This document shows, one piece after another, positions 30,637 through 40,235 of a stretch of DNA of 64,000 bases. Made by a program: the position numbers and the translations under genes. Source of the stretch: Sedimentisphaerales bacterium (GTDB lineage Bacteria > Planctomycetota > Phycisphaerae > Sedimentisphaerales > SM23-30); NCBI GenBank assembly GCA_963666285.1, contig OY762711.1; one strand, 5' to 3'. The notes under the pieces are model-generated. The model made no database searches and was not told where the DNA came from. It saw only the letters and a list, made by a program, of their open reading frames with translations. Each line of letters starts with the position of its first letter. Position 1 is the stretch's first letter.

Positions 30637-31731
30637 TTACTGCAGAATTTGATTGTAGAGTGAAAATATTTTTTGTATTTGTACTTGTATCGAAAATTCC
30701 CGGCAAAACTCTGCCGCATTCTGAGCGAGTTCGGTTTTTAGCCTATCGTTAGAGAGTAATTCGGCAGTTCGTTTTGCAATCTCATCCGGAGTAAGAGCAT
30801 TCAATACGAGAGCAGTAATATTATCCCGGGCAATTTCTGCGAGTCCCTGGGTATCGCTGCAAATAACCGGAATGCCTGCGGCATAATATTCGATCACGGA
30901 AATGCCGAAAGCTTCCTTTCGGGAAGGTTGAACTGCGATATCAAAAGATGATATCACGTCAGAGACATCATTTCTAAAACCAAGAAAATGGATATATTCA
31001 GATAGTTTCAAGGCCGCGGCTTTTTCGGTCAGGCCGGCGAGTAAATTACCGTGTCCGGCGAGTACGAGATGACATCGATAACCTTGTTTATGCAGGAGAT
31101 CGAGAGCAGGCGGCAGCAGGTCTGTCCCTTTGATGTTATGCAGCCTGCCTGTATACCCGATGACAATCTCATTTTCAGATATTCCAAGATCATCTCTAAT
31201 AGATTGGCGGGCGGAATGATTGTATTTGAATTTTTCAAGATCAACGGCGTTGTATATAGTGTGAATTTTTTCTTTACTGATTCCACATTTATTTGCAATG
31301 GTATTGTTGGTAAAGTCTGAGACTGTTATAAACGAGCTGACTTTGAAGGAAAACAATCTAAGTAAGAGTCGATACAGAATAAACTGCCAGTTGTTTTCTG
31401 TTACCTGTCCATGTTCGTGGACAATTACTTTTGCCTTACAGAAGAAGGAAGCTAATATAGCGATTATAGCAGCCTTGTTCAAATGCGCGTGGATAAGATC
31501 AATATTGTATTTTTTACATGTTCTGATTATGTCGAGTAGTTTTAACGGGCTGTAGTTTCGCCGTTTGTGCTGAATAATTGTGCCGTTTATAACAATTTCG
31601 TTGAGAGGCCTGAGAGGATAGATGGTGAAGTTTACCTGGTTGGCGTCGATATTTTCAACGATGCCCTTCAGGCAAACCTGTGCCCCGCCAAGGCCGAGAC
31701 TGTTAATAATATGTAATACATTTAAGCTCAT
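30637..31731 (-). CDS. Glycosyltransferase family 4
   Basis: GLGGAQ; PSRKEAFGISVIE. Confidence 0.9.
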   Translation of the reverse strand: MSLNVLHIINSLGLGGAQVCLKGIVENIDANQVNFTIYPLRPLNEIVINGTIIQHKRRNYSPLKLLDIIRTCKKYNIDLIHAHLNKAAIIAILASFFCKAKVIVHEHGQVTENNWQFILYRLLLRLFSFKVSSFITVSDFTNNTIANKCGISKEKIHTIYNAVDLEKFKYNHSARQSIRDDLGISENEIVIGYTGRLHNIKGTDLLPPALDLLHKQGYRCHLVLAGHGNLLAGLTEKAAALKLSEYIHFLGFRNDVSDVISSFDIAVQPSRKEAFGISVIEYYAAGIPVICSDTQGLAEIARDNITALVLNALTPDEIAKRTAELLSNDRLKTELAQNAAEFCREFSIQVQIQKIFSLYNQILQ

Positions 31732-32825
31732 TTTAATTCAGAAGCGAACAGTTGTTTGTATTGGTTGATTATTTTTTTTATGTCATGATTGTCGGCAGCA
31801 TAGTTGAAAGCATTCTGAGAATATATTTTATATTCATCACCCGAAATAAGAGTCTGAACAGCATTTATACAATCCTGAAAATTCCCATTAGTGCATATTC
31901 CGCATTTAAACTTGTCCAGGAACCCGTCCGGGTTGACATTAAGTGAAATAATCGGGGCAGCGGCCTGGCAGGCCTGAACAAAGACATTTGGAAATCCCTC
32001 GGTTGAGCTGGTGTTTACCAGAAGCAATGCATTATCAAAATAGCTGCCGATCTGATGGAAAGGAACTCGTTCGATAAAGTCAAGGTTATCGATATTTTCA
32101 GCACGGTTAATAAGCTGTTCATAACGGTTGTCGTTGGTAGCCCTGGGGCATATCATAACAAATTTCCGGTCAGGGATACTTTGAGCTATGTCCAGGAAAA
32201 GTTCCGGTTGTTTGACAGTGTCGCTTCTGCCTACCCAGAGTATATATTTTTTTTCACTATCAGCAGGATCTTTCAGTCGGCAGCAGTTTGCGATAACTGT
32301 CGATGGTAGTCCCATGTTATTTTGCAGAGCATCTTTGTCTGACTGGTTTTGAGCAATAATATAATGACAATGTTTCAGTGACCATTTAAATAGGCTGCCG
32401 CGCAAGCCGTTATTTTTTATCCATTCTCCATTCAAGTTGCTTGGATTAGCAGACCGGAAAACATACCTGGTTTTATGGAGTTTGCAATAGAAAGCAATTA
32501 AAGCATGGCCGTGGTGAGCGGCTTCGGCGAAATATATATCGCTATTTGACTTTTTCAATGCTTTCCAGATTTTTTTTGCACCGGTTATCTGGGATTCATT
32601 GAAATTAAGACTTTTAATTAGAGTTACATTGTTTATTAGTTCGCAGTCGGGCTGTCCGTAGTCAGCGACGATGAAATTTACCTGGTAGCCAGGAACTTGT
32701 GCAAGTTCGTCAGCCAGCAGGAAAAGGTCAACTTCGGCACCACCAAAAACTGATTCAACTTCAGGATTGAAAACAGGGTAGGCCTTGGGAGCGATGAAAC
32801 AAATTTTTACAGGTAAAGAATCCAT
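31728..32825 (-). CDS. Glycosyltransferase family 4
   Basis: FGGAE; NTSSTEGFPNVFVQA. Confidence 0.88.
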   Translation of the reverse strand: MDSLPVKICFIAPKAYPVFNPEVESVFGGAEVDLFLLADELAQVPGYQVNFIVADYGQPDCELINNVTLIKSLNFNESQITGAKKIWKALKKSNSDIYFAEAAHHGHALIAFYCKLHKTRYVFRSANPSNLNGEWIKNNGLRGSLFKWSLKHCHYIIAQNQSDKDALQNNMGLPSTVIANCCRLKDPADSEKKYILWVGRSDTVKQPELFLDIAQSIPDRKFVMICPRATNDNRYEQLINRAENIDNLDFIERVPFHQIGSYFDNALLLVNTSSTEGFPNVFVQACQAAAPIISLNVNPDGFLDKFKCGICTNGNFQDCINAVQTLISGDEYKIYSQNAFNYAADNHDIKKIINQYKQLFASELK

Positions 32826-32828
32826 GAA

Positions 32829-33959
32829 TTAGTTAATGATATTATTATAAATTTTTATATACTGAGTAGCAGTGTTAGCCCAAGAGAAAATTTGTGATTT
32901 TGCCCGGGCGGCATTGCGCAGGTCTTTATAATGAATTTCACCGGTGATTGCGTTTATTATACTTTCGGCAAAGCTTTCCGGGGTGTCGTCAGGTGAGATA
33001 ATCCCATTGTCGCTTATCAGCTCGTCAACTCCTTCGCAATGTGTGGTGATAATCGGTAAACCGGTTGCCATTGCTTCCAGCATGGCATTTGACATACCTT
33101 CGTGGGCACTGCTCATAACAAAAAGGTCGTTGAACCGGTATACCACCGGCATTTCTGAAGCTTCGACTCGTCCGAGGAACCGTACGTTCTGGCTGATACC
33201 AAGCGAAGTAGCGAGGTTTTCCAGTTCGTATCTCAGGTTGCCGTGACCAGCGATACTGAATTTTATATCAAATCCTCTATCAAGACAAATTTTGACAGCC
33301 CTAATCAGAATGTCGATACGTTTACGTTTAATAAGCCGGCAGACGGTAAGTATTTTAATTTTGTTGCCAAGCTTATGCGTCGGTGTCGGCCTGAATTTCT
33401 GGGTGTCTATTCCATTTGTAATAACAGGAATATCAATATCGGGCGTAAACCGTTTAGCCAATTCTGCCAGTCCCTGGCTGTTAGCTACAACGGCTTCAGC
33501 TTTGTGCCATATTCTGCGGAAAAGGCCGGCCAGCAGAGTATAGTCTATACCCAGCCTGACATTGTAACCAGGTACATCAGAACCCCTGAGAGAAATAATG
33601 TAAGGCAGTTTATCAGCGGTCTTATATGACAGGTATCCGGTGGGGAAGCCAAAGAACGCATGTGCCAAATCGTAGTTATTTTCATTTATAAGTTTACGAT
33701 GATATCTGCCGGCATGAAACAGCCAGGTAATGACTTCTGACTTTAGCCAGTAATGCAGATTTTTTTTTCTGATACCGATCCTGTGAATTTTTATATTGGA
33801 TGAGAAATCTTCAACTTCAATTCCTTTGCCAACAGCACTGGTCAGCACATCAACCTGCAGTTCGGGATGATTGGCAAACTGCCCCAGGATATTTAGATGG
33901 GCCTGGCCGGCTCCACCGCCGATGGGTGGAAATTCATAATTTAGCATTAAGATGTTCAT
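32829..33959 (-). CDS. Glycosyltransferase family 4
   Basis: YEFPPIGGGAG; SAHEGMSNAMLEAMATGLP. Confidence 0.92.
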   Translation of the reverse strand: MNILMLNYEFPPIGGGAGQAHLNILGQFANHPELQVDVLTSAVGKGIEVEDFSSNIKIHRIGIRKKNLHYWLKSEVITWLFHAGRYHRKLINENNYDLAHAFFGFPTGYLSYKTADKLPYIISLRGSDVPGYNVRLGIDYTLLAGLFRRIWHKAEAVVANSQGLAELAKRFTPDIDIPVITNGIDTQKFRPTPTHKLGNKIKILTVCRLIKRKRIDILIRAVKICLDRGFDIKFSIAGHGNLRYELENLATSLGISQNVRFLGRVEASEMPVVYRFNDLFVMSSAHEGMSNAMLEAMATGLPIITTHCEGVDELISDNGIISPDDTPESFAESIINAITGEIHYKDLRNAARAKSQIFSWANTATQYIKIYNNIIN

Positions 33960-34070
33960 GATTAAAGTTTAGAACTTAGAGTTGATGACCTCGCTTACGC
34001 TTGTTATATTTAAGTGCTATGCTCCCCTGTATATAATATGGCAGTCTGACCGTTAATAAATATATCCGTT

Positions 34071-36332
34071 CTATTTTCGTTTCAGGATTACCATCTGTTC
34101 CAGGCCGGGTAATCTTATCGGGGTATAATTATCAACGACGAATTGTCTTAAAGGCAGCATTGCCTTATGACGTTCAACTTCGAGTTCGGCTAATTCTTCC
34201 GCTTTTTCCTGGGTTATAGTTTTAGCTTCTACATGTCTTTTAGTTAAACCCAGGCACCATGCCTTGACTTGCATGTCATATGACTGGTTATAAGAATTTA
34301 TCTGATTAATCTTTAACAATTCCCGCAAGGCCGGTTTCCGGGTTTTGGGATTATTGAAGAAATAAGAAGTACCAAGCGGGTTAGTCGGCCAAAGATCAAA
34401 AAGCGGATGATCGTTGGCCGGATAATGCATTTTCTGCGAATCGACAATATATAACGGAGGGTTATTTTTGAGTTGTTTAACAAGTCTCTTAATTTTGTTT
34501 GTCACTGTTTGAGGCGGATCAGAATGCATATCGCTGTATGCGGGTTGGGTTGCCGGGCATGATCTATCAGCAGCTACGTAAACGCCGGGATACCAACCCC
34601 AAACATATATCTGATCTTCCGGGTGTGAAGATTCTTTAATTTTATAACCGATAAGCTGCCAGGATGGCCCGTTGTTTACTTTTGCAGCTTTGACATCATT
34701 GAGTTTTTTACTCATAGCAGTATAGTTACTGCTGTTAGCTAATAAGAAAGAAATACATAAAGCAGCTATTAATGCAGGTATTGCAAAAGTCTTGTTTTTT
34801 ACAAAGACAAAGATAATACCGGCGGCGAGAGTGATACAAGCTGCACTAATAGCAGTTACGGAGAACGGATTAGTTGAGGAACCGGCAGTGAATAACTCAG
34901 CGGCAAGCCACGCAGCACCGATGAAGATAAAGCCGATATTATTTTTGATGCTTTGATATAGGATGTATCCCGCCAGAAACATTATAGAACCGTTAGGCGG
35001 CAGGAAATACTGGACATAGGCACGAGGAGATATCCAGATGAATATCATGTCAAGCAGCCACCAGATCGAAAGAAAAATCATAAGTCGATTAACTATTGAG
35101 TTGGTATTGTCAGTGGAATTATCAGCGGTGTTTGCTTTGTTGAATAGCCTGGCGAAAATGCTCCACACGATAGCGGCTAAACCAAGACCGATGGGAATTA
35201 CAAAGCTGTGAGAATACCTGGCTACTTCCGCAAACTGTTTGGAAAAGGTGCTGACGATCCTGCTGCCGGCGACATAGCCTGAGTCGCTGAAGATCTTACC
35301 GTAGAATTTATCAGTGAAGCTTGAACCGGCTTCAAAAGCAGAGCTTATCACTTCGACGGGATAGCCGATAACCGGTATATCCATCAAGAACTGTTTTGTC
35401 TGGCCCATGAAAGAGAATACAACTGTCGTGATGACAAGGGCAGCGACAACAGCAATGGCACCTCGTCGGATAAGATTTTTGTTGATACGTTCAGAATGTT
35501 GATTTACTTTCTGGATTCCATATTTTAAGCCAATTACGATGAAATACAGTACAGTAATTAATATTGCAGGGGCCGCGGGGAAATCGGCGATAAAACTTCC
35601 CAGTTGTTTTTGCCAGAGATAGAATAATATCAGAGGAATGAGCCCGATGGTACTGCCTATAGATAATAATGATATTTCTTTTAGCAGTCCGGCAAAATTC
35701 CTTTTTCTTTGTATTGAAGAAATAACAAGGTATACCAGCAAAGCGGCGGCCAGAGAAAAACCTGTAGGTTTGAAATACCAGGTATTGATAGCAAAAGCAC
35801 CGCAAATCATGAGCAGGTATTTTTTGTTATACAATTCATAGTAGATAAACGAGCATGCCGCAATTATCATGCAGGCAATCATATATTGTTCTTTCACATT
35901 GCCGAATTTTGCGTAAGGCTGACAGCTAAGGTAGAATGAGCCGAGAATAACAGAAATACATGCCGGGATATTACCGAAAAGTTTCCTGATGCAGATGAAC
36001 GCACATGAAAGAGCGGCGATCTGCATAAAAGACTGTATAATAATCGGTCCGATTTCAGAGTATCCGAATAGTTTTATGCCTATGAAGTTGACCAGCAGGG
36101 TAGCAGCTCCCGCCGATGGGAAAATATCGACACCGAGTTTTTTGCCCAGTGAAAGCTCGTGGGCATGAAATATATTCAATGCTCCATCGAATGGATCGTC
36201 AGTATTAAATTCATAGTATTTACCGATAATAAATGGGATAGCTGCAATAACGAGAGTAATTATGGCAGGAACAAGCCAATTTATCAGTTTTTGGATGTCA
36301 GTTTTATTTTCAGCATTAATAAGGTCATTCAT
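34071..36332 (-). CDS. Polytopic membrane protein, probable GT-C-fold (ArnT/PMT-like) glycosyltransferase
   Basis: More than 10 transmembrane helices, acidic DDPFDG after TM1, C-terminal IYVWGWYPGVY...PLYIVD periplasmic domain; adjacent to a polyprenol-phosphate GT2. Confidence 0.6.
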   Translation of the reverse strand: MNDLINAENKTDIQKLINWLVPAIITLVIAAIPFIIGKYYEFNTDDPFDGALNIFHAHELSLGKKLGVDIFPSAGAATLLVNFIGIKLFGYSEIGPIIIQSFMQIAALSCAFICIRKLFGNIPACISVILGSFYLSCQPYAKFGNVKEQYMIACMIIAACSFIYYELYNKKYLLMICGAFAINTWYFKPTGFSLAAALLVYLVISSIQRKRNFAGLLKEISLLSIGSTIGLIPLILFYLWQKQLGSFIADFPAAPAILITVLYFIVIGLKYGIQKVNQHSERINKNLIRRGAIAVVAALVITTVVFSFMGQTKQFLMDIPVIGYPVEVISSAFEAGSSFTDKFYGKIFSDSGYVAGSRIVSTFSKQFAEVARYSHSFVIPIGLGLAAIVWSIFARLFNKANTADNSTDNTNSIVNRLMIFLSIWWLLDMIFIWISPRAYVQYFLPPNGSIMFLAGYILYQSIKNNIGFIFIGAAWLAAELFTAGSSTNPFSVTAISAACITLAAGIIFVFVKNKTFAIPALIAALCISFLLANSSNYTAMSKKLNDVKAAKVNNGPSWQLIGYKIKESSHPEDQIYVWGWYPGVYVAADRSCPATQPAYSDMHSDPPQTVTNKIKRLVKQLKNNPPLYIVDSQKMHYPANDHPLFDLWPTNPLGTSYFFNNPKTRKPALRELLKINQINSYNQSYDMQVKAWCLGLTKRHVEAKTITQEKAEELAELEVERHKAMLPLRQFVVDNYTPIRLPGLEQMVILKRK

Positions 36333-36335
36333 AAG

Positions 36336-37334
36336 TTATGCTTCTTTCAACAGGATATCTTCTCCGCCCTGAATAATTTTACGCACCACATAAGTTGGTT
36401 TATTTTGAGATTCATGATAGATACGACATTGCATTTCCGCCAGAAGTCCCATCAGCATGAACTGGACAGCCATCATCATCAGCATAGCGGCCAGAACCGG
36501 CAGCGGGCTTCGATCCATATCTATGTGTTGGGTTAATTTGAGATAGATCATATAAAATGCGGTCAGAAACGACATGATCATAGATAATAGCCCCAGGCCG
36601 CCAAAAATATGGATAGGCCTGTTGCTGAATGTTCCCAGGAATTTGATAGTAATCAGATCCAGTATAACTTTCCAGGTTCTGCCGAGTCCATATTTCGCTT
36701 TGCCGTGTATGCGCGGCCGATGATTTACAGGGATTTCAGTAACATTTGCGCCGGACCATTTAGCAATAGCAGGGATAAATCTGTGCATTTCTCCATAAAG
36801 ATGCATGTGGCTGATGACTTCGCTGTGATAAGCTTTTAGAGTGCAGCCGTAATCATGGAGATGTACTCCTGTTATTTTGCCAATAACCCAGTTGGCAATT
36901 TTAGACGGCAATTTTCTGGAAAGAGCTTTATCTTTGCGGTTTTTTCGCCAGCCGCTGACAACATCATAACCTTCTTTCATTTTTTCCAGCAGCAGGGGGA
37001 TATCTGCCGGGTCGTTTTGCAGGTCACCATCCATGGGAATAACTACCTGGCCATTTGCCTGATCAAAACCGGCAGTTAATGCAGCTGTTTGACCATAATT
37101 TCTTCTGAATTGGATAATTTTAATGCGTTTACCGTCAGGGTCATATTCTTTTTGCTCATTCAACAGGTTAGCCACGGTATTGTCGGTGCTGCCGTCATCA
37201 ACCAGAATAAGTTCATAATTCAGGTCATTTTTCTCAACTACTGATATAATATCGTTAAATAGTTCAGCAATATTATCTTCTTCATTGTATAAAGGCACGA
37301 CAATTGAAATAAGTTGTTTGTCAGATTGTATCAT
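36336..37334 (-). CDS. Polyprenyl-phosphate glycosyltransferase (ArnC/GtrB-like GT2)
   Basis: VVPLYNE, VDDGSTD, RNYGQTAA, MDGDLQNDP, GEMHRFIP; two C-terminal transmembrane helices. Confidence 0.9.
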   Translation of the reverse strand: MIQSDKQLISIVVPLYNEEDNIAELFNDIISVVEKNDLNYELILVDDGSTDNTVANLLNEQKEYDPDGKRIKIIQFRRNYGQTAALTAGFDQANGQVVIPMDGDLQNDPADIPLLLEKMKEGYDVVSGWRKNRKDKALSRKLPSKIANWVIGKITGVHLHDYGCTLKAYHSEVISHMHLYGEMHRFIPAIAKWSGANVTEIPVNHRPRIHGKAKYGLGRTWKVILDLITIKFLGTFSNRPIHIFGGLGLLSMIMSFLTAFYMIYLKLTQHIDMDRSPLPVLAAMLMMMAVQFMLMGLLAEMQCRIYHESQNKPTYVVRKIIQGGEDILLKEA

Positions 37335-37729
37335 GATTTTGCCATACTATAATATAGTAAAGAAATCTGCTATCAAATAAAATACTGGTAGAAAGATTTC
37401 TGGTTTATATGAATATAACGCAATTATTTAGTTTTACTATATTTTATCGGCAATAATCGGATCACAAATGAGTAATTTACGTCCTGATAAATTTGCTATA
37501 TGATTGGCAGCAGAAAGGTTATGGGACGTTTGTTTTTGAAAAAATTTTCATTTTTTAAAAATATTTTACTAAAGGTCCATAATTTTTTTTATTATTGGAA
37601 CTTAAGGCGAATAAGGAAGGCCCATCTTGTAAGTGTCTTTTTTTCAAGTGTTTATATTGAGTGATAAGTCGTGTTGATATGGCATGAAAAACAGTTATGG
37701 AACATGTTTTAAAATATTATCGCTCTTTC

Positions 37730-37757
37730 TAAAGTTTTTTGGTTATATTGACGAAAT
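37730..37757 (+). promoter_or_regulatory. Putative sigma28 (FliA) promoter of flagellin
   Basis: TAAAGTTT-N12-GACGAAAT versus consensus TAAAGTTT-N11-GCCGATAA; located about 550 nt before the start codon. Confidence 0.45.
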
Positions 37758-37764
37758 ACAAAAG

Positions 37765-38310
37765 GCAACAGACAACGGTCTATAAAACAGACAATTCCGG
37801 GTTGTTAAGGAACCGATGTCGGTTGCGAGTCTCCATAAGACTCAAGGATGAGCAGGCCTAACTTTGATCTGGACATTCAAAGTGCGGCTGACTGTGAAAA
37901 GGAGTTTGCAACGGAGTTGCTGCTTTTCTTTCGCTAACATATAACAAAAGTATTTTAGATCTGAGAGATCAGATCGCGGTTGTTGTGTGTGGTGGAACCC
38001 ACTTCAAACATCTCGTATCAGAATTCCCAATTATTCACGTAATCAAATGCAAGATCACCATTTAAAAGGTGGTCGTAAATGGCGATTCCTGTGTATCTAC
38101 AACTCCCAGGACGGCGGGATTGTGTACATCTCGCGTTGTAGATAAAAATCTGGCCAAGGGTGCCGGTATTTCGGACAGGAAAGGATTAAAAGTTCTTTAT
38201 CAATGGTACTTTACGGGAATCGCTTGAATCCTAACAGACCAAAACCAGGACGAAGTATACGGTCTGTTGTGTGGACAGGCATTAGCCTGCCTTGTCACGG
38301 AGGATAAACC
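37765..38310 (+). ncRNA. Long structured flagellin 5' leader (or separate ncRNA) with multiple GGA-loop hairpins
   Basis: At least 10 stems seen by eye, including long-range 38082-38092/38213-38223 and 38094-38103/38135-38144; no credible ORF. Confidence 0.6.
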
Positions 38311-39765
38311 ATGACGCGTATTAATACAAACATTTCAGCTATGAACGGGATCAAGTCTTTGGTCTCAAACAACAACGATCTAGCCACCAGGCTTGAGCGA
38401 TTGTCAACAGGTCTAAGGATCAACGCAGGTAAAGATGACCCTGCCGGTCTGATAGCATCTGAAGTAATCCGCTCAGAAATGAAAGGGCTGGAAACCGGTA
38501 TCAAGAACTCAACCAGGGCTTCGAATGTGATAGCGACAGCGGAAGGTGCTCTTAATGAAGTATCTGCTTTGCTAATCGATATTCGCGGGCTTTTGATTGA
38601 GAATGCTAATACCGGTGGTATGTCAGATGAGGAACTCGATGCTAACCAGCTTCAGGTTGACTCAGCGATTGAGACCATTCAGCGAATCGCTAATGCGACT
38701 GAGTTTGAAGGTATCAAGTTGCTGAACGGAAACCTGGACTATGTAGTATCGGGTGTGTCAGCTGCCTTAATTCAAGATTATCAGATTGATAAGGCAAAAC
38801 TGGTAGATGGTGCAGCAATGGCTGTTGATGTAACTCTGGTTAGTGCAGCAAACACTGGCTTCCTGCGTCTATCGACGACGACAACAGGGTTATTAACAGC
38901 GGCAGCCATCCAGATCGGGTCAAATCGAGGAAATACCGAGCTAACCTTTGCCGTAGGAACGAAAGCATCGGGCATGTTGGCGAGCATAAATGCTGTAAAA
39001 GAAGTAACAGGCATTTCAGCTGCCATGTCAGGTTCAAATCAGATTCTGCTTCGCAGTGTTGAATTTGGAACCAATGCTTATGCTAGTGTGGAAATGTTGA
39101 ACTCATCAACAATGAGCAACACCCTGTTTGAACTATATGATGAAGGCGGAACATCGCAGGATTCTGCAAAGGATTATGGTGTAGATGCAATTGCCACAAT
39201 CAATGGTTCTGCTGCAACCGCTGACGGTAAGACATTGACGGTTCGTACCAGTATGCTTGAAGGCACCTTTGAATTGTCAGATGGTTTTGCACTATCTGCA
39301 GGCGGAACAGATTCCTTCAGTGTTACCGGTGGTGGAGCACAGTTTGCCATAGGTTCCAAGGTTGACGCTGTTAATGTTGAATCTATAGGTATTATGTCTA
39401 TAGCTCCTAACGAACTTGGAAATGCTGAAGACGGTTACCTCAATACACTCAAGAGCGGTCAGTTGAATTCACTTACCGGTGATAATTTGTATACTGCTCA
39501 GCGAATCGTTGATGATGCGATCAAGGATATCGCGGTATTGCGAGGAAAACTCGGTGCGTTCCAGAAAAATACAATTGAAACGAATATCAATTCTCTGACT
39601 GTAACTTTAGAGAATGTGACGGCGGCAGAGTCAGCTATCCGAGATGCAGACTTTGCTACCGAAAGTGCGGCAATGACAAGAGCACAGATCTTGCAGCAGT
39701 CAAGTACTTCTGTCTTGTCTATTGCGAATACTACGCCGCAGAGCGTCCTGGGACTACTAGGCTAA
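38311..39765 (+). CDS. fliC: Flagellin
   Basis: RINTNISA...LERLSTGLRINAGKDDPAGL N-terminus; RGKLGAFQ...AESAIRDADFATE...QSVLGLLG C-terminus. Confidence 0.97.
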   Translation: MTRINTNISAMNGIKSLVSNNNDLATRLERLSTGLRINAGKDDPAGLIASEVIRSEMKGLETGIKNSTRASNVIATAEGALNEVSALLIDIRGLLIENANTGGMSDEELDANQLQVDSAIETIQRIANATEFEGIKLLNGNLDYVVSGVSAALIQDYQIDKAKLVDGAAMAVDVTLVSAANTGFLRLSTTTTGLLTAAAIQIGSNRGNTELTFAVGTKASGMLASINAVKEVTGISAAMSGSNQILLRSVEFGTNAYASVEMLNSSTMSNTLFELYDEGGTSQDSAKDYGVDAIATINGSAATADGKTLTVRTSMLEGTFELSDGFALSAGGTDSFSVTGGGAQFAIGSKVDAVNVESIGIMSIAPNELGNAEDGYLNTLKSGQLNSLTGDNLYTAQRIVDDAIKDIAVLRGKLGAFQKNTIETNINSLTVTLENVTAAESAIRDADFATESAAMTRAQILQQSSTSVLSIANTTPQSVLGLLG

Positions 39766-40058
39766 TTGCGAACTCGGTGATTTCCCACCGAATCAGCTTA
39801 CTTGTAAGTTGGCTCACAATTAGTCTCCGCATCCGGGAAGCTCACCGGGCCGTAAGTAGGTCAGTAGTGTACCTTAACGGACCTAGTCTGTACGGCCAGT
39901 CAGATAAAGTCCGGCCGGAGAGACAGCAGCAGCGGAGTTTTTAAGCTGTTAATCCGGAGATAAGGAGTTTCACTTAAGGGTGATCCTCTTTTGAGAGGCC
40001 CAAGCCTCCAACAGAAACTTGTTTTATCAGTGTACTGTTGAGAGGCTTGGGCCATTTT
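39766..40058 (+). ncRNA. Structured flagellin 3' trailer ending in a terminator-like hairpin
   Basis: Nested stems GGCCGTA/TACGGCC, TAGGTC/GACCTA, TCCGG/CCGGA and GTCTC/GAGAC; 12-bp stem GGCCCAAGCCTC/GAGGCTTGGGCC followed by ATTTT. Confidence 0.55.
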
Positions 40059-40235
40059 AAATAATGCATATTATTATCTTCAAATAAATCAGATTCAGGT
40101 CGGTTCTTTATTCCTTGTTCTCGCTTGCAAAAGCAATTTCTATGATTTCACTTAAAACTTCATTTGCTCTAATCAGTGGAATGAGTTTATTTCTATTGTT
40201 GATTGGATACAATAGTAAGTTTATAATAGTCGGGG

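Noticed and set aside
37444..37451. Perfect sigma28 -10 box GCCGATAA on the minus strand facing the GT operon (another at about 58738-58745)
   Set aside because: No TAAA at the -35 spacing; about two chance hits of an 8-mer are expected in 128 kb of both strands.
37765..38310. Flagellin leader as a c-di-GMP riboswitch, T-box, tRNA or self-splicing intron
   Set aside because: I could not find the diagnostic conserved motifs of these families by eye; a covariance-model search is needed.
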